Below, one piece after another: positions 10,328 to 20,037 of a stretch of DNA of 64,000 nt (position 1 is its first letter; the number at the start of each line of letters is the position of its first letter). The notes below the pieces were generated by a model. It worked only from the letters and a program-made list of their open reading frames with translations, ran no database searches and was not told the DNA's origin. This DNA is from Candidatus Scalinduaceae bacterium. Lineage in GTDB: Bacteria; Planctomycetota; Brocadiia; Brocadiales; Scalinduaceae. Both the position numbers and the translations under genes were made by a program. The stretch is from NCBI GenBank assembly GCA_046759445.1, contig JBHICG010000009.1, forward strand, positions 10,927 to 74,926, read 5' to 3'.

Positions 10328-10406
10328 GGAATTGCAGTAAACACATGATATTTATGATTTTTTTTAATCCTCTGGTCTTACACATAAAAGTGAGGAATCT
10401 TTAAAA

Positions 10407-11033
10407 ATGGAAAATATAATAGTAGCAATTACGGGTGCTAGTGGCGTGGTTTATGGTCAACGCCTACTACAGGTTTTGTGTGATAAATCCTATTCGATTC
10501 ACTTATGTGTATCAGAGTCGGCTATAAAGGTGATAGAAAGTGAGCTTAATCTTTCTCTAGAACTCAATAAATTCGATGTTAATAAATTCATAAACAGAAA
10601 TAACCCCCTTGTGACTTATCACCACGTATCTGATATTGCTGCACCAATATCAAGTGGCAAGCTCAAAGTCAAGGCAATGATTATAGCGCCATGCAGTATG
10701 AACTCACTTTGCTCTATTGCAAATGGGGTTACGCTTAATCTTATTCATCGCTCTGCCAGTGTAACCCTGAAAGAGGGAAGAAAGTTAGTTGTTGTGCCTC
10801 GTGAAACTCCTTTAACTTCTATTCATTTGGAAGGCATGTTAAAATTATCGAGGGCACAGGCTTGCATTCTGCCAGCTATGCCAGGATATTACTATCATCC
10901 GAAAACAATAGATAATCAGGTCGATTTTATAGTAGGGAAAATCCTTGACTATATCGGGATAGAATATTCACCATACACAAAAAAAAGATATGGAGAATTG
11001 GACTTCCTGAGTTCAGATCTGATGGTAACATAA
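10407..11033 (+). CDS. ubiX: Flavin prenyltransferase
   Basis: VAITGASG, APISSG, IAPCSM, LKEGRKLVVVPRETP, PAMPGYY. Confidence 0.93.
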   Translation: MENIIVAITGASGVVYGQRLLQVLCDKSYSIHLCVSESAIKVIESELNLSLELNKFDVNKFINRNNPLVTYHHVSDIAAPISSGKLKVKAMIIAPCSMNSLCSIANGVTLNLIHRSASVTLKEGRKLVVVPRETPLTSIHLEGMLKLSRAQACILPAMPGYYYHPKTIDNQVDFIVGKILDYIGIEYSPYTKKRYGELDFLSSDLMVT

Positions 11034-11076
11034 TAACGGCAAAGTTCAGTAAATTATCGTTTGAATCGAGACCACA

Positions 11077-12141
11077 ATGAATGACACAAAAAAAAGAAGC
11101 AGTTTAGGTTTCTGGATATCAACGTCACTGGCAATATTCTTTTTTTTATGCAGTGTAGTATTATTCTTTTCGGTAATAGGTCTTCTTCTAATTAAGGGTA
11201 CTTTATCGCCACAAGGTGAAGAAGAAAAGGCCAGAAAATTATCTGAGGTTGTAGTAGAAGGAACAGGGACTAACAAAATAGTAATAATCCCCGTTAAAGG
11301 TATTATTACGGCTCAATCGTCTAAAAAGCTCTTTTATGAAATACCAAGTATAGTAGATATTGTGAAAAAGCAACTCGAACAAGCAAGTGATGATGATGAT
11401 GTGAAGGCCGTGATATTGGAGATCGATAGCCCGGGTGGTGGAATAACGGCAAGTGATATAATTCATAAAGAAATCTTAGATTTCAAAGAAAAGACAAAGA
11501 AAAAAGTAATTGTCAGTATGCAGGACGTTGCAGCCTCAGGCGCTTATTACATCTCTGTTACTGCTGACGTAATCATATCTCACCCAACAACAGTTACAGG
11601 AAGCATAGGCGTAATAATGCCTCTTGTTAATATTGCCAGCCTGGTAGAGAAATATGGTATTGAGGATGCTTCTATAAAGTCAGGAGACATGAAGAATATC
11701 GGTTCACCACTTAAAAAGATGTCTGACGAGGAAAGAGAAGTTTTACTTGACATAGTAGATGAAATGTACACAAGATTTTTAAAGGTCATTTCAGAAGGCA
11801 GAAACATGAAAATAGAAGATGTTAAAAAGCTGGCAGATGGAAGAATTTACACTGGAAAGCAGGCATTGGATAATGGATTAGTTGATCAAATAGGTTATAC
11901 TGAGGACGCAGTCAAAGTCACCAAAGAAATGACAGGTTTGGAAGAGGCAAAAATAATAAAGTACAAAAGAACGTTTACGTTAGGGGAGATTTTTGCAGGT
12001 TCTATGAACAATTTGGTTATTGACCACACAATCAAGATTGACATAAATACCCTGACAACAGAAAATGATTTCCCAAGATTTATGTATTTATGGACAGGAT
12101 ATCAACGTAATTACTTCCTCCAATGGCCTGCATTGAATTGA
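11077..12141 (+). CDS. sppA: Signal peptide peptidase (S49)
   Basis: N-terminal TM segment, IDSPGGG, AASGAYY, TGSIGV, ADGRIYTG. Confidence 0.93.
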   Translation: MNDTKKRSSLGFWISTSLAIFFFLCSVVLFFSVIGLLLIKGTLSPQGEEEKARKLSEVVVEGTGTNKIVIIPVKGIITAQSSKKLFYEIPSIVDIVKKQLEQASDDDDVKAVILEIDSPGGGITASDIIHKEILDFKEKTKKKVIVSMQDVAASGAYYISVTADVIISHPTTVTGSIGVIMPLVNIASLVEKYGIEDASIKSGDMKNIGSPLKKMSDEEREVLLDIVDEMYTRFLKVISEGRNMKIEDVKKLADGRIYTGKQALDNGLVDQIGYTEDAVKVTKEMTGLEEAKIIKYKRTFTLGEIFAGSMNNLVIDHTIKIDINTLTTENDFPRFMYLWTGYQRNYFLQWPALN

Positions 12142-12171
12142 AAAATTACAAATTTTAAATCATAACTAAAG

Positions 12172-13638
12172 ATGACCCTAAAAATATACAACACATTAAC
12201 AAAACAAAAAGAGTTATTTACTCCGTTTGAGGCGGGGAGAGTCGGAATTTATGTGTGTGGTCCAACCGTTTATGACCACCCACACATCGGACATGCCAAG
12301 AGTTACGTTAGCTTCGATGTAGTGGTGCGATATCTGAGACATATAGGCTATAAGGTACGATATGTGCAGAATATTACAGATGTCGGACACTTAACGGACA
12401 ATGCTGATGAAGGAGAAGACAAGATTGAAAAAAGGGCTAAGCATGAGAAAGTAGAACCTATGGAATTAGTTGAAATGTACATGCGAAGCTATTATGAGGA
12501 CATGGATGCGTTGAACAATATACGACCCGATATTTCTCCTCGTGCGACAGGACATATTCCAGAGCAGATAGATTTGGTTAGGAAACTTATTGACAAAGGA
12601 TTTGCTTACGAGGCAAATCAATCTGTTTACTTTGATGTATCTAACTTTAAGAATTATGGAAAACTTTCCGGGCGAAGGCTGGATGAACAAGAATCCGGGG
12701 CACGGGTTGGGATAAATCCAGAAAAAAAACATCCAGCGGATTTTGCGCTTTGGAAAAAAGCAGAACCCGGACACATCATGAAATGGAACAGTCCATGGGG
12801 TGTTGGTTTTCCAGGCTGGCATCTCGAATGTTCGGTTATGTCGATGAAATATCTCGGTAAAACGTTTGATATTCATGGTGGTGGAATTGAAAACGTATTC
12901 CCTCATCATGAGTGTGAGGTTGCGCAAAGCGAGGCTGCTAATGAAGTGCCTTTTGCCCGCTATTGGATGCACAACAATATGGTAACCGTTGACGGGCAGA
13001 AGATGGGAAAATCATTAGGCAATTTCGTTACACTGAAGGACGCATTTAAACAATACTCATCTATAACAATACGTTTTTTTGTCCTAAACACCCATTACCG
13101 TAACCCCATTGATTATGGTGATGAGGCATTACGTGCAGCAGAAACAGGATTAGAACGATTACATAATACTCTGCGCAACTTAAGAGAAAGATTGAGTTCT
13201 TCCAAAGGAACTAAAATAAATAAGGTTTGGAAGGAAAAGCTAGAAAAATACAAACAAACTTTTGAAGAAGCCATGAATGAGGACTTCAATACTGCAGAAG
13301 CAATTGCAGTTCTTTTTAATTTGGCAAAAGAAGTAAACACTCTCCTGAACTCCGGAGACTTAATCTCCAAAGGTATTCTATCCGAAATAGATTCTTTTTA
13401 TCATATTTACGGAGGTAATGTTCTTGGAATTATTTCAGAGAATATCGTTCAGCGCAATTCACATGAAGGAGATGGTTTTAAAATGGAAGACAATCTAATA
13501 AAGTCATTGATCGATACAAGGGATGATTTGCGGGCATCTAAGCAATGGGAACTGGCTGATAAAATAAGAAATAGATTAAGTGAGTTGGGCATTATCCTTG
13601 AAGATAAAAAAGAAAAGGTTACCTGGCGGAAGAAATAG
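12172..13638 (+). CDS. cysS: Cysteine--tRNA ligase
   Basis: YVCGPTVY, HIGH, DFALWK, PGWHLECS, HGGG, KMGKS. Confidence 0.97.
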   Translation: MTLKIYNTLTKQKELFTPFEAGRVGIYVCGPTVYDHPHIGHAKSYVSFDVVVRYLRHIGYKVRYVQNITDVGHLTDNADEGEDKIEKRAKHEKVEPMELVEMYMRSYYEDMDALNNIRPDISPRATGHIPEQIDLVRKLIDKGFAYEANQSVYFDVSNFKNYGKLSGRRLDEQESGARVGINPEKKHPADFALWKKAEPGHIMKWNSPWGVGFPGWHLECSVMSMKYLGKTFDIHGGGIENVFPHHECEVAQSEAANEVPFARYWMHNNMVTVDGQKMGKSLGNFVTLKDAFKQYSSITIRFFVLNTHYRNPIDYGDEALRAAETGLERLHNTLRNLRERLSSSKGTKINKVWKEKLEKYKQTFEEAMNEDFNTAEAIAVLFNLAKEVNTLLNSGDLISKGILSEIDSFYHIYGGNVLGIISENIVQRNSHEGDGFKMEDNLIKSLIDTRDDLRASKQWELADKIRNRLSELGIILEDKKEKVTWRKK

Positions 13639-13669
13639 TTTATTCAATGACAGATGAAACGTTATAAAA

Positions 13670-13835
13670 CCTAAATTGAGCGATTTTATCGCTATATCCT
13701 CATGGAACATTGAAAATATATGTTCTTCTATAAATATTATCTTCACCTGTTAAGTGAAGGAATTCGTCATTCCCGCAGTCTGTTGAGCGGGAATCACGGG
13801 AATGACAACATAACTTTAGAATCGCTCAAATTAGG
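13670..13835. mobile_element. MITE-like element, family 2, with an internal GTCATTCCCG...CGGGAATGAC palindrome
   Basis: Ends CCTAAATTGAGCGATTTTA / TAGAATCGCTCAAATTAGG form an inverted repeat with 2 mismatches in 19; REP-like core at about 13766-13806. Confidence 0.6.
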
Positions 13836-13845
13836 TAAAAATAAA

Positions 13846-14256
13846 ATGAAAAAAGTTTTGAATCAAACCTTAACGTTTACGGTTATCATATCTTTACTCA
13901 TCTGTTCTCCAGGTTTTTTCACGTCCAAATCTATTGCCAGAGAAGCTTTCAAAAACATTTCTGTTTTAGAGGCAAATCAAATGATTAAGCTTCAAACAAT
14001 TCATATTCTTGATGTGAGAACAGATGTTGAATATGCGCAATCCCACATCAAGGATGCCGTACTTATCCCTCTTATGGTCTTATCCAGTAGGTTACATGAG
14101 CTTAAGGATGAACAAAATATCTTAGTATATTGTTATAGTGGTAATAGAAGCAAGACGGCTTGCGAATACCTTGCATCAAAAAGTTTTAAACACGTTTATA
14201 ATATGCTAGGTGGAATAAGTTCATGGATAGAAGCAGGCTACGAAGTTACAAAATAA
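13846..14256 (+). CDS. Exported rhodanese-like domain protein
   Basis: Signal peptide from MKKVLNQ (ATG 13846), ILDVRT, HIKDA, active-site YCYSGNRS, NMLGGISSW. The ORF-track 5' extension lies inside the MITE. Confidence 0.88.
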   Translation: MKKVLNQTLTFTVIISLLICSPGFFTSKSIAREAFKNISVLEANQMIKLQTIHILDVRTDVEYAQSHIKDAVLIPLMVLSSRLHELKDEQNILVYCYSGNRSKTACEYLASKSFKHVYNMLGGISSWIEAGYEVTK

Positions 14257-14308
14257 ATCTGACAGGTTAATGGTTTCGCAGCTACAAAATATTATATTGT
14301 CATGTTTA

Positions 14309-14689
14309 TTACGTATCTAACCCAAGAACGTCAACTATCTTTTCAACAATCTCATCAACATCAAAAGGTTTTGTCATATAAACGTCAACACCAACATCTC
14401 TCCCCTTCTGTTTATCAATTTCCTGCCCCATTGCCGTAAGCATTAAAACATAAATATCCTTAATTCCAAGCTTATTCTTTATAGCATCACATAATTCATA
14501 TCCATCCATTCCCGGCATCATTGCATCAAGAATGACCAGTTCAGGTTTTTCCTTTTTTATACACTCAAAAGCCTCTATTCCATCGCTCGCTATAAACAAT
14601 TTTACACCTTTTTCTTCAAGCTCCTCGAAGGTTTGTTCCAGCAACATTCTCATCCCAGGCTCATCGTCTGCTATCAATATCTTTGGCAT
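14309..14689 (-). CDS. Single-domain response regulator
   Basis: ILIADDE, phospho-Asp motif ILDAMMPGMDG, MLTA, YMTKPF; ATG 14689. Confidence 0.9.
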   Translation of the reverse strand: MPKILIADDEPGMRMLLEQTFEELEEKGVKLFIASDGIEAFECIKKEKPELVILDAMMPGMDGYELCDAIKNKLGIKDIYVLMLTAMGQEIDKQKGRDVGVDVYMTKPFDVDEIVEKIVDVLGLDT

Positions 14690-14985
14690 ATATTTTCCCT
14701 GCAAACGTTCGTAGCGACCTTATGGTCACCACGAATTATTAAAATGAATAAACAAATTGGACTCCCCGCAAAAGCGGGATTACTTCCTCCCTGTCTAACG
14801 TTCGCTTTATGTTATTCCTTCACTTTGTTCAGAACGGCGTCTGATCCCTTTACCTTATATCATCTAAGCTGAAGTCAGAGAATCTTTAATCAAGAAATAT
14901 TTCGAATTAGTTTTTTTAAACTTGACAGGTCACCTATTAATTCGTTTCACGCAGCCCTTTAGAGCCGAACTCCATACCCCCCCCC

Positions 14986-15025
14986 ATCGCCCTTTGACAA
15001 AAATAAATCATGACAAAAGGGCGAT
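14986..15025 (-). terminator. Hairpin just downstream of the 15045-15350 gene
   Basis: ATCGCCCTTTG...CAAAAGGGCGAT inverted repeat about 20 nt after the stop; no clear U-tract. Confidence 0.35.
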
Positions 15026-15044
15026 CGATGAGGCAAAAGCTCGA

Positions 15045-15350
15045 TTAAGCATCACAGTAATATTGAATGCCTTCCCACCAACAATCTTCATGATGAACCC
15101 ACCATGTACATAAACATAAATTAGATTTTTTTGTTTTATACAACTTAATTGTCATTGTTGGTTCATTTACATCAACACCTTCAGGTATTTCTTTATGCTG
15201 AAGTTTTTTTTCAACTTTATCAAAATTTAATGAATCTAAACTAGAAGTATCTTTATTAAGGATTTTAGGAGAAGAACCAGTAGCGTCAAACGAAAGAACT
15301 ATTTTGGGTCTCCGATTTGCATCTGTAACTCTTTCATCATCGTTTTTCAT
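15045..15350 (-). CDS. Small protein with a Cys/Trp/His-rich C-terminal tail
   Basis: 101 aa, AAGGA RBS; charged N-terminal region, then SNLCLCTWWVHHEDCWWEGIQYYCDA. Confidence 0.65.
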   Translation of the reverse strand: MKNDDERVTDANRRPKIVLSFDATGSSPKILNKDTSSLDSLNFDKVEKKLQHKEIPEGVDVNEPTMTIKLYKTKKSNLCLCTWWVHHEDCWWEGIQYYCDA

Positions 15351-15910
15351 TTTTTATTTCCTTTCTGATACGTAATCCATAAATGTATGTTTCAATAACT
15401 ACTTTGTTTGAAACCTCTAACGCTCTCATATTACATTCAATAAAACCACCCCCTCTTTCTTATATGACGGTTAAGGATTCTGCAAAATTAATCCAATAGC
15501 ATACTTTATAATTTTGCAGAAATCTTTTATAAAGGTCATTAAATGATTCTAAACAACCCTACCCGAACAAGTCGTACGTAGAATTCAGGCTAGGGTAATT
15601 CTCTGAATTACGTATAATTGCCTTAATTGCACGCTTTTCTACGTGCATCGTAGCAACGATACTTAAAGAGTCAAGGGTTGTTTTTGAAAAGGCAAAAATA
15701 CCTTGGCTGTTCCACTATTAGGTGTAACAGCCGCTTTGGTCTTTTATTTGTCAGGAATAATACCTAAAGGGTAAATTTCTAAATGTTGTGTTTAAAAAGT
15801 GGTTACGATCTGGTCGGTATTAACTCTTATAATGAACGCTATAAATAAGAAAATAGCGGTCTGTCATTTTTATCCCATCTTCCGCGAGGATATACTCCAT
15901 CACTTACATT

Positions 15911-16103
15911 ATCATTCCCGTGAAAACGGGAATCTAAAGCAGATTCCCGATCAAGTCCGGGTGTGATTCTGTCTGTCTTTCGGACAGTTTAGCAGAATCA
16001 CCTAAGTAATTCCGCTTTTGCGGAATTGCCAATGACATTACTTGTTTGGAAATCTATATCAGATTCCCACCTGCCTACCGACGTCAGGCTCTCACGGGAA
16101 TGA
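15911..16103. repeat. Composite REP-like palindrome cluster with nested insert
   Basis: TCATTCCCG...CGGGAATC, GATTCCCGATCAAGTCCGG[insert 15961-16030]AATGAC, GATTCCC...CGGGAATGAC. Confidence 0.7.
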
Positions 16104-16168
16104 CAATTTGGACACTTTAAATTCACTCATGTAACAAGTTAAGCTGCCTTTGGCAGCGACTTTCATAC

Positions 16169-16271
16169 TCCCCTCTAAAAAGATGATCTGTGGGGGGTGT
16201 ATAACCCTTCTTATGGAAGGGACGACATATCTATACACCCCTTAATCCCCTCTTTCTAGAGGGGAAACTAT
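16169..16271. repeat. CCCCTCT...AGAGGGG palindromic repeat, copy 1
   Basis: Near-identical to 27721-27804 (CATATCTA[T/C]ACACCCCTTAATCCCCTCTTT..AGAGGGGAAACTAT); related hairpins near 19830, 23960, 33560 and 33800. Confidence 0.7.
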
Positions 16272-16293
16272 GATTAAATTCCTAAACATTAAA

Positions 16294-19200
16294 TTAGTAA
16301 GAGAATGTAAACCTGGCAAAAATCAACTGATCAGGAGATATCACCGGATTTGTGGGATCCGTATCCTGAAACTTGAACTCTTCGTCGAACAAGTTTTTAG
16401 CTCCGATGCTGATGATGCCCCACCTTTTAGGTAAGCGGTAACTAATAGATCCATCGAATACCCAAAATTGATCGTCTCCCGGTACAACAAACGTACCTCC
16501 TGTAACGGGATCTCCAAATTTACCATCCTGATCAATATAGGTTGCCTTAAGCCGCGCGCTAAATCCCGAGGGGTGGAAAAAATTTATCCCCAGGGGCACA
16601 CGGTTCGTTTTGATCTTGTGAAATGACTCTGGACCGAGGAGCCCTCTCGCCCTTTCAAGCCACTCATATTGATATTCTGCACTAAGAGACAGCCAGCGAT
16701 GAGGTGTCCAGTAAAGGTAAGCGCGTATCAGTTCTTCTTCTGAACCTAATCTACTGAACACAGTCGTTGTGGGGCTTGTTCGTATAAACGGTATTTCCAT
16801 GTCCCGCCTGGAGTATTCCGCACCGCCATACAATGATTTTGAGAACTTCTGATCTACGGCAACACCGTAACGCCATGCCTCTGTACCATTAGGATCGTCA
16901 AAAAACTGGTTAAAACCAGCCACCTGTGTGGGCTCAATGGTTTGATCCGACAGAAGCTGCCTTTTCAGGGTTCTAAATGCAGCGGCGCGGAGCGTAGTAC
17001 CGGGAAGAAGGTCCCAGGTCAGCCCGAATTTCGGATTACCCTGGACATATTCCCTGACGATACCTTCGAAAAAATCTACACTTCCTCCTATCGTCCAGGT
17101 AAAATTTTCCAGAAAATTAATCAATGAGTACACATAGAAGTTAGTATGTCGAATATCAAAATCTCCTTGTGTTATTCTCGGTGGTTGCGGTGGTGGAAAT
17201 GTGATAATACTGGTATTATTTCGTTCCGAGCTGTTACGCCCTATACCTCCGGTAACGTGAAATCGTCCCGATTGAGACCGATACAGATGCCGGATTTCAC
17301 CCGTCCAGCCATCGTTTTCTAAATCGCTCTCAAAGCCGGGTGACATTCCTAAAGGTGAGGGAGAAGGACCTCTCAAAATATTTTTTGTGTCAGAATCTAG
17401 ATTAAAATAGATGAAAGAGGCTATGAAATCTGAATTGGGCGTAAAGGAGTGATGAAGACCCAACCTTAGGTTATCTACTTCGGATTCTTGCCTTTGGTCA
17501 GGCCTAAAATTATTCGGGTCGAACCTCAGTTCTAGATCTCCTTTCTCGGTATCCGTAAATCGATATTCTGCCTGCACGCTTGTCTTGTGCGATAGACTTG
17601 CCTGGAAGAATGCATTGTAAATATCCGTGTTCAGCCCATTATTTCTTCGGAATCCACCGGTCTCGTAATGGAACTGACCCAGGCTATAAGACATCCTTCC
17701 CAGCACGCCTGATTGAACGAGATCATTACCCACAGTATCTCTCTCGGCTATAACACCGTTGGCTTGCAGCGCCAATCGATTTCTATTAAAGAGCGGGTTA
17801 TATTCGTTAAAGGAAGGATCTTGCGGACCAGACCCCTCCAGTATGAAGAGATTGCTCTCAGCGAGTTGGGGCTGAATCGGTGTGATGTTAATGGGCTGCA
17901 ACAGTTGAGACTGTAAGAGTTCACTAACCCTGGCAATCTCGTGGCGCGGTAGAGCCGAATATGTATCCGCCAGGAATCTGTGAGCAGAATAATTGCTTGG
18001 ATCAACATTAAGTGATTTCCAACCCTCTATCAGGGCTCGCTGTTGAAAACCCAGGTCTTTATAAATTCTGCCAATACTGGCGCTTCGTGAAGCCAGGTCT
18101 TCATCCAGCAAAAGCCGTGACCTGTAAATTACCCGATTTTCATTTAACTCAATGGATTTCTGCATGTCATGCAATGCCTCTACCGGGCGGTTCACGGTCT
18201 GTTTCCGAATCGCATCATAGAACCAGGGTGTTGGATCTTGCGGGTCAAGTTCCCTGGCAATGTCTAATTGACCTGACGCCTTTTTATCACGTTTTTCTTC
18301 GAAATAAGCCTTGCCAAGATAACTGCGGATAAGCGAGTTATTGGGGTCAAGAATTGCAGCTATCTCAATTTCACCACGACCCTCTTTCAGGTTACCTTCT
18401 CTAATCTTTGCTAATCCGAGGCCCAAACGTGGGAGAGAATCTGCCTGATCCAGTTCGATAGCCTTTTCAAAGGCATTCTTAGAATCACGAATCTTTATTT
18501 GAGTAAGATAAGCAAATCCCAAAACGGTTTGTGTGCGTGCCAGATTAGGATTCAGTGTTACAGCCTCCTGTGCCGCGTCACCTGCCTTATTGAGATATCC
18601 TTTGGATAGCCATAGTTCGCCTAATCTTGCCCACGCCAGGGCATTTGCTGCATCTCGCTTTACGGCTTCCTGCAGACTCTCTAGCGCCCCATCAATGTCA
18701 TAATTGGCTTGCTGAGCATAGGAGAACGCAATTCGTGCAGTTGCTGAACGGGGATCTGTCTCAATAGCTTTTTGAGCAAGACTGAGAGCCCTGTCTTTAT
18801 CATTTTGTGCCACAGCGATGATTGACTGAAGCGCAATGGCATGACTGTTGCCAGGTACTAAATTCAGCACCCGCTCGACGTCTAAACGTGCTTCATCAAC
18901 ACGGCCTACAGTGAGAAGCAACGAAGCACGATAGTTGAAAAAACGTGGGTCACTGATTTTCTCAGTTATTTTTTCAATACTGGAAAAAGCATCTTTTAAA
19001 TCTCCCTTCCAATAAGACTGGATGGAATCTAGAACCATTGCCTGCCACTTCGTTTTACCAATATCCGGAAAATCTATAGTGCGATAATATATAACAGGCG
19101 GATAATAAAGCGCCCATTGGACTGCATCCCTGGGGCGCACTAAAATATACGGTACAGGCGCCTGCCCTGCCCTGGCTATTGCAGAGTGACCACTTTTAAG

Positions 19201-19740
19201 TGTAAGGCTACCCGCTTTATTCGTAGCTAACACTTGCCCTTCAAATACCGTAAGAGACGTTCTATCTACCCCAACATTAACCAGGAATTCAGTACCTTCC
19301 ACAGTCCCGTCAACAAATGGTGTTGTTACCTTTAATGTCCATGGCATGCGGCTTAGGAAGTGTACACCCCCTGCGAGTATATCAAGCAAAGAGAGTTTTT
19401 TCTTTTCCCTACCAGAAAAGGTTATTGTAGTATTCTCATTGAGACGAATGAGTGTATCAGTGCTAATGAGGATGGCTGCACGGCTTCGTTCCTGCACCCT
19501 GATCATGTCGCCAATGTTGTATGTATCATTTAATTTAATAGGTTTCCACTGCATTTCATCTTTTTTTTTGGCCTGTACGTTGCCTTGCACAGAAACAACT
19601 TTGGCCATCCATTCCTTACGTGTTTCTGCATCGGCTGAATCTGTAAAAAGCAACCCTACCGGTATGCTCAAATATATTAGCAGGCTCAACTGACAGATTT
19701 GTATTTGTTTAATCACTTTTACTCCTTTGTATATCGTCAT
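16294..19740 (-). CDS. FecR-TPR-TonB-dependent beta-barrel outer-membrane receptor (NsrA-like)
   Basis: Signal peptide; FecR domain (VVSVQGNV...TPFVDGTVEGTEF...VFEGQV); DAVQWALYYP linker; multiple TPRs; barrel ending FARFTFSY. Confidence 0.85.
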   Translation of the reverse strand: MTIYKGVKVIKQIQICQLSLLIYLSIPVGLLFTDSADAETRKEWMAKVVSVQGNVQAKKKDEMQWKPIKLNDTYNIGDMIRVQERSRAAILISTDTLIRLNENTTITFSGREKKKLSLLDILAGGVHFLSRMPWTLKVTTPFVDGTVEGTEFLVNVGVDRTSLTVFEGQVLATNKAGSLTLKSGHSAIARAGQAPVPYILVRPRDAVQWALYYPPVIYYRTIDFPDIGKTKWQAMVLDSIQSYWKGDLKDAFSSIEKITEKISDPRFFNYRASLLLTVGRVDEARLDVERVLNLVPGNSHAIALQSIIAVAQNDKDRALSLAQKAIETDPRSATARIAFSYAQQANYDIDGALESLQEAVKRDAANALAWARLGELWLSKGYLNKAGDAAQEAVTLNPNLARTQTVLGFAYLTQIKIRDSKNAFEKAIELDQADSLPRLGLGLAKIREGNLKEGRGEIEIAAILDPNNSLIRSYLGKAYFEEKRDKKASGQLDIARELDPQDPTPWFYDAIRKQTVNRPVEALHDMQKSIELNENRVIYRSRLLLDEDLASRSASIGRIYKDLGFQQRALIEGWKSLNVDPSNYSAHRFLADTYSALPRHEIARVSELLQSQLLQPINITPIQPQLAESNLFILEGSGPQDPSFNEYNPLFNRNRLALQANGVIAERDTVGNDLVQSGVLGRMSYSLGQFHYETGGFRRNNGLNTDIYNAFFQASLSHKTSVQAEYRFTDTEKGDLELRFDPNNFRPDQRQESEVDNLRLGLHHSFTPNSDFIASFIYFNLDSDTKNILRGPSPSPLGMSPGFESDLENDGWTGEIRHLYRSQSGRFHVTGGIGRNSSERNNTSIITFPPPQPPRITQGDFDIRHTNFYVYSLINFLENFTWTIGGSVDFFEGIVREYVQGNPKFGLTWDLLPGTTLRAAAFRTLKRQLLSDQTIEPTQVAGFNQFFDDPNGTEAWRYGVAVDQKFSKSLYGGAEYSRRDMEIPFIRTSPTTTVFSRLGSEEELIRAYLYWTPHRWLSLSAEYQYEWLERARGLLGPESFHKIKTNRVPLGINFFHPSGFSARLKATYIDQDGKFGDPVTGGTFVVPGDDQFWVFDGSISYRLPKRWGIISIGAKNLFDEEFKFQDTDPTNPVISPDQLIFARFTFSY

Positions 19741-20037
19741 TGCTCTCCCCTCCTATCTTTTATAATTCATCTTAGTGACAGGACAAAGGTAAATAAGGAC
19801 GTCAAGTTAAGCCTTCGGCAACAACTTTCAACTTCCCCTCTAAAAAGAGGGGAAGTATCATTGCTCCACGCTCTTTATTCCTCCCAGAGTTGTGGGTAAC
19901 GATAAGCCCTGGGGGAGGTTAGTGTAAGTAGAAACTGTATTTTACTGATTTATAAGTAATCAAAATAGAAATCCCTATACAATCGAGTTGCCAAGCCAGC
20001 AAAAGTCTTAAATAATATTCAATAACAAAGCGCAAAT

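Noticed and set aside
13720..13845. N-terminal extension of the rhodanese ORF
   Set aside because: Encoded by the MITE/REP; the signal peptide begins at ATG 13846.
15337..15429. 30-codon ORF (MRALEVSNK...) overlapping the start of the Cys/Trp peptide gene
   Set aside because: Too short and without motif support; could be a leader peptide but cannot be supported from sequence alone.
15481..15495. Possible sigma54 site upstream of the peptide gene
   Set aside because: GG-to-GC spacing is 9 nt rather than 10; it is one arm of an inverted repeat.
15690..15780. Hairpin GGCTGTT...AACAGCC considered as a c-di-GMP riboswitch
   Set aside because: Lacks the GAAA tetraloop and GCAAA junction pattern; no family recognisable.
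19979..19993. TGGCAACTCGATTGT, sigma54-like, upstream of the FecR-TPR receptor
   Set aside because: The -12 element is GT rather than GC and no enhancer palindrome is nearby; too weak to call.
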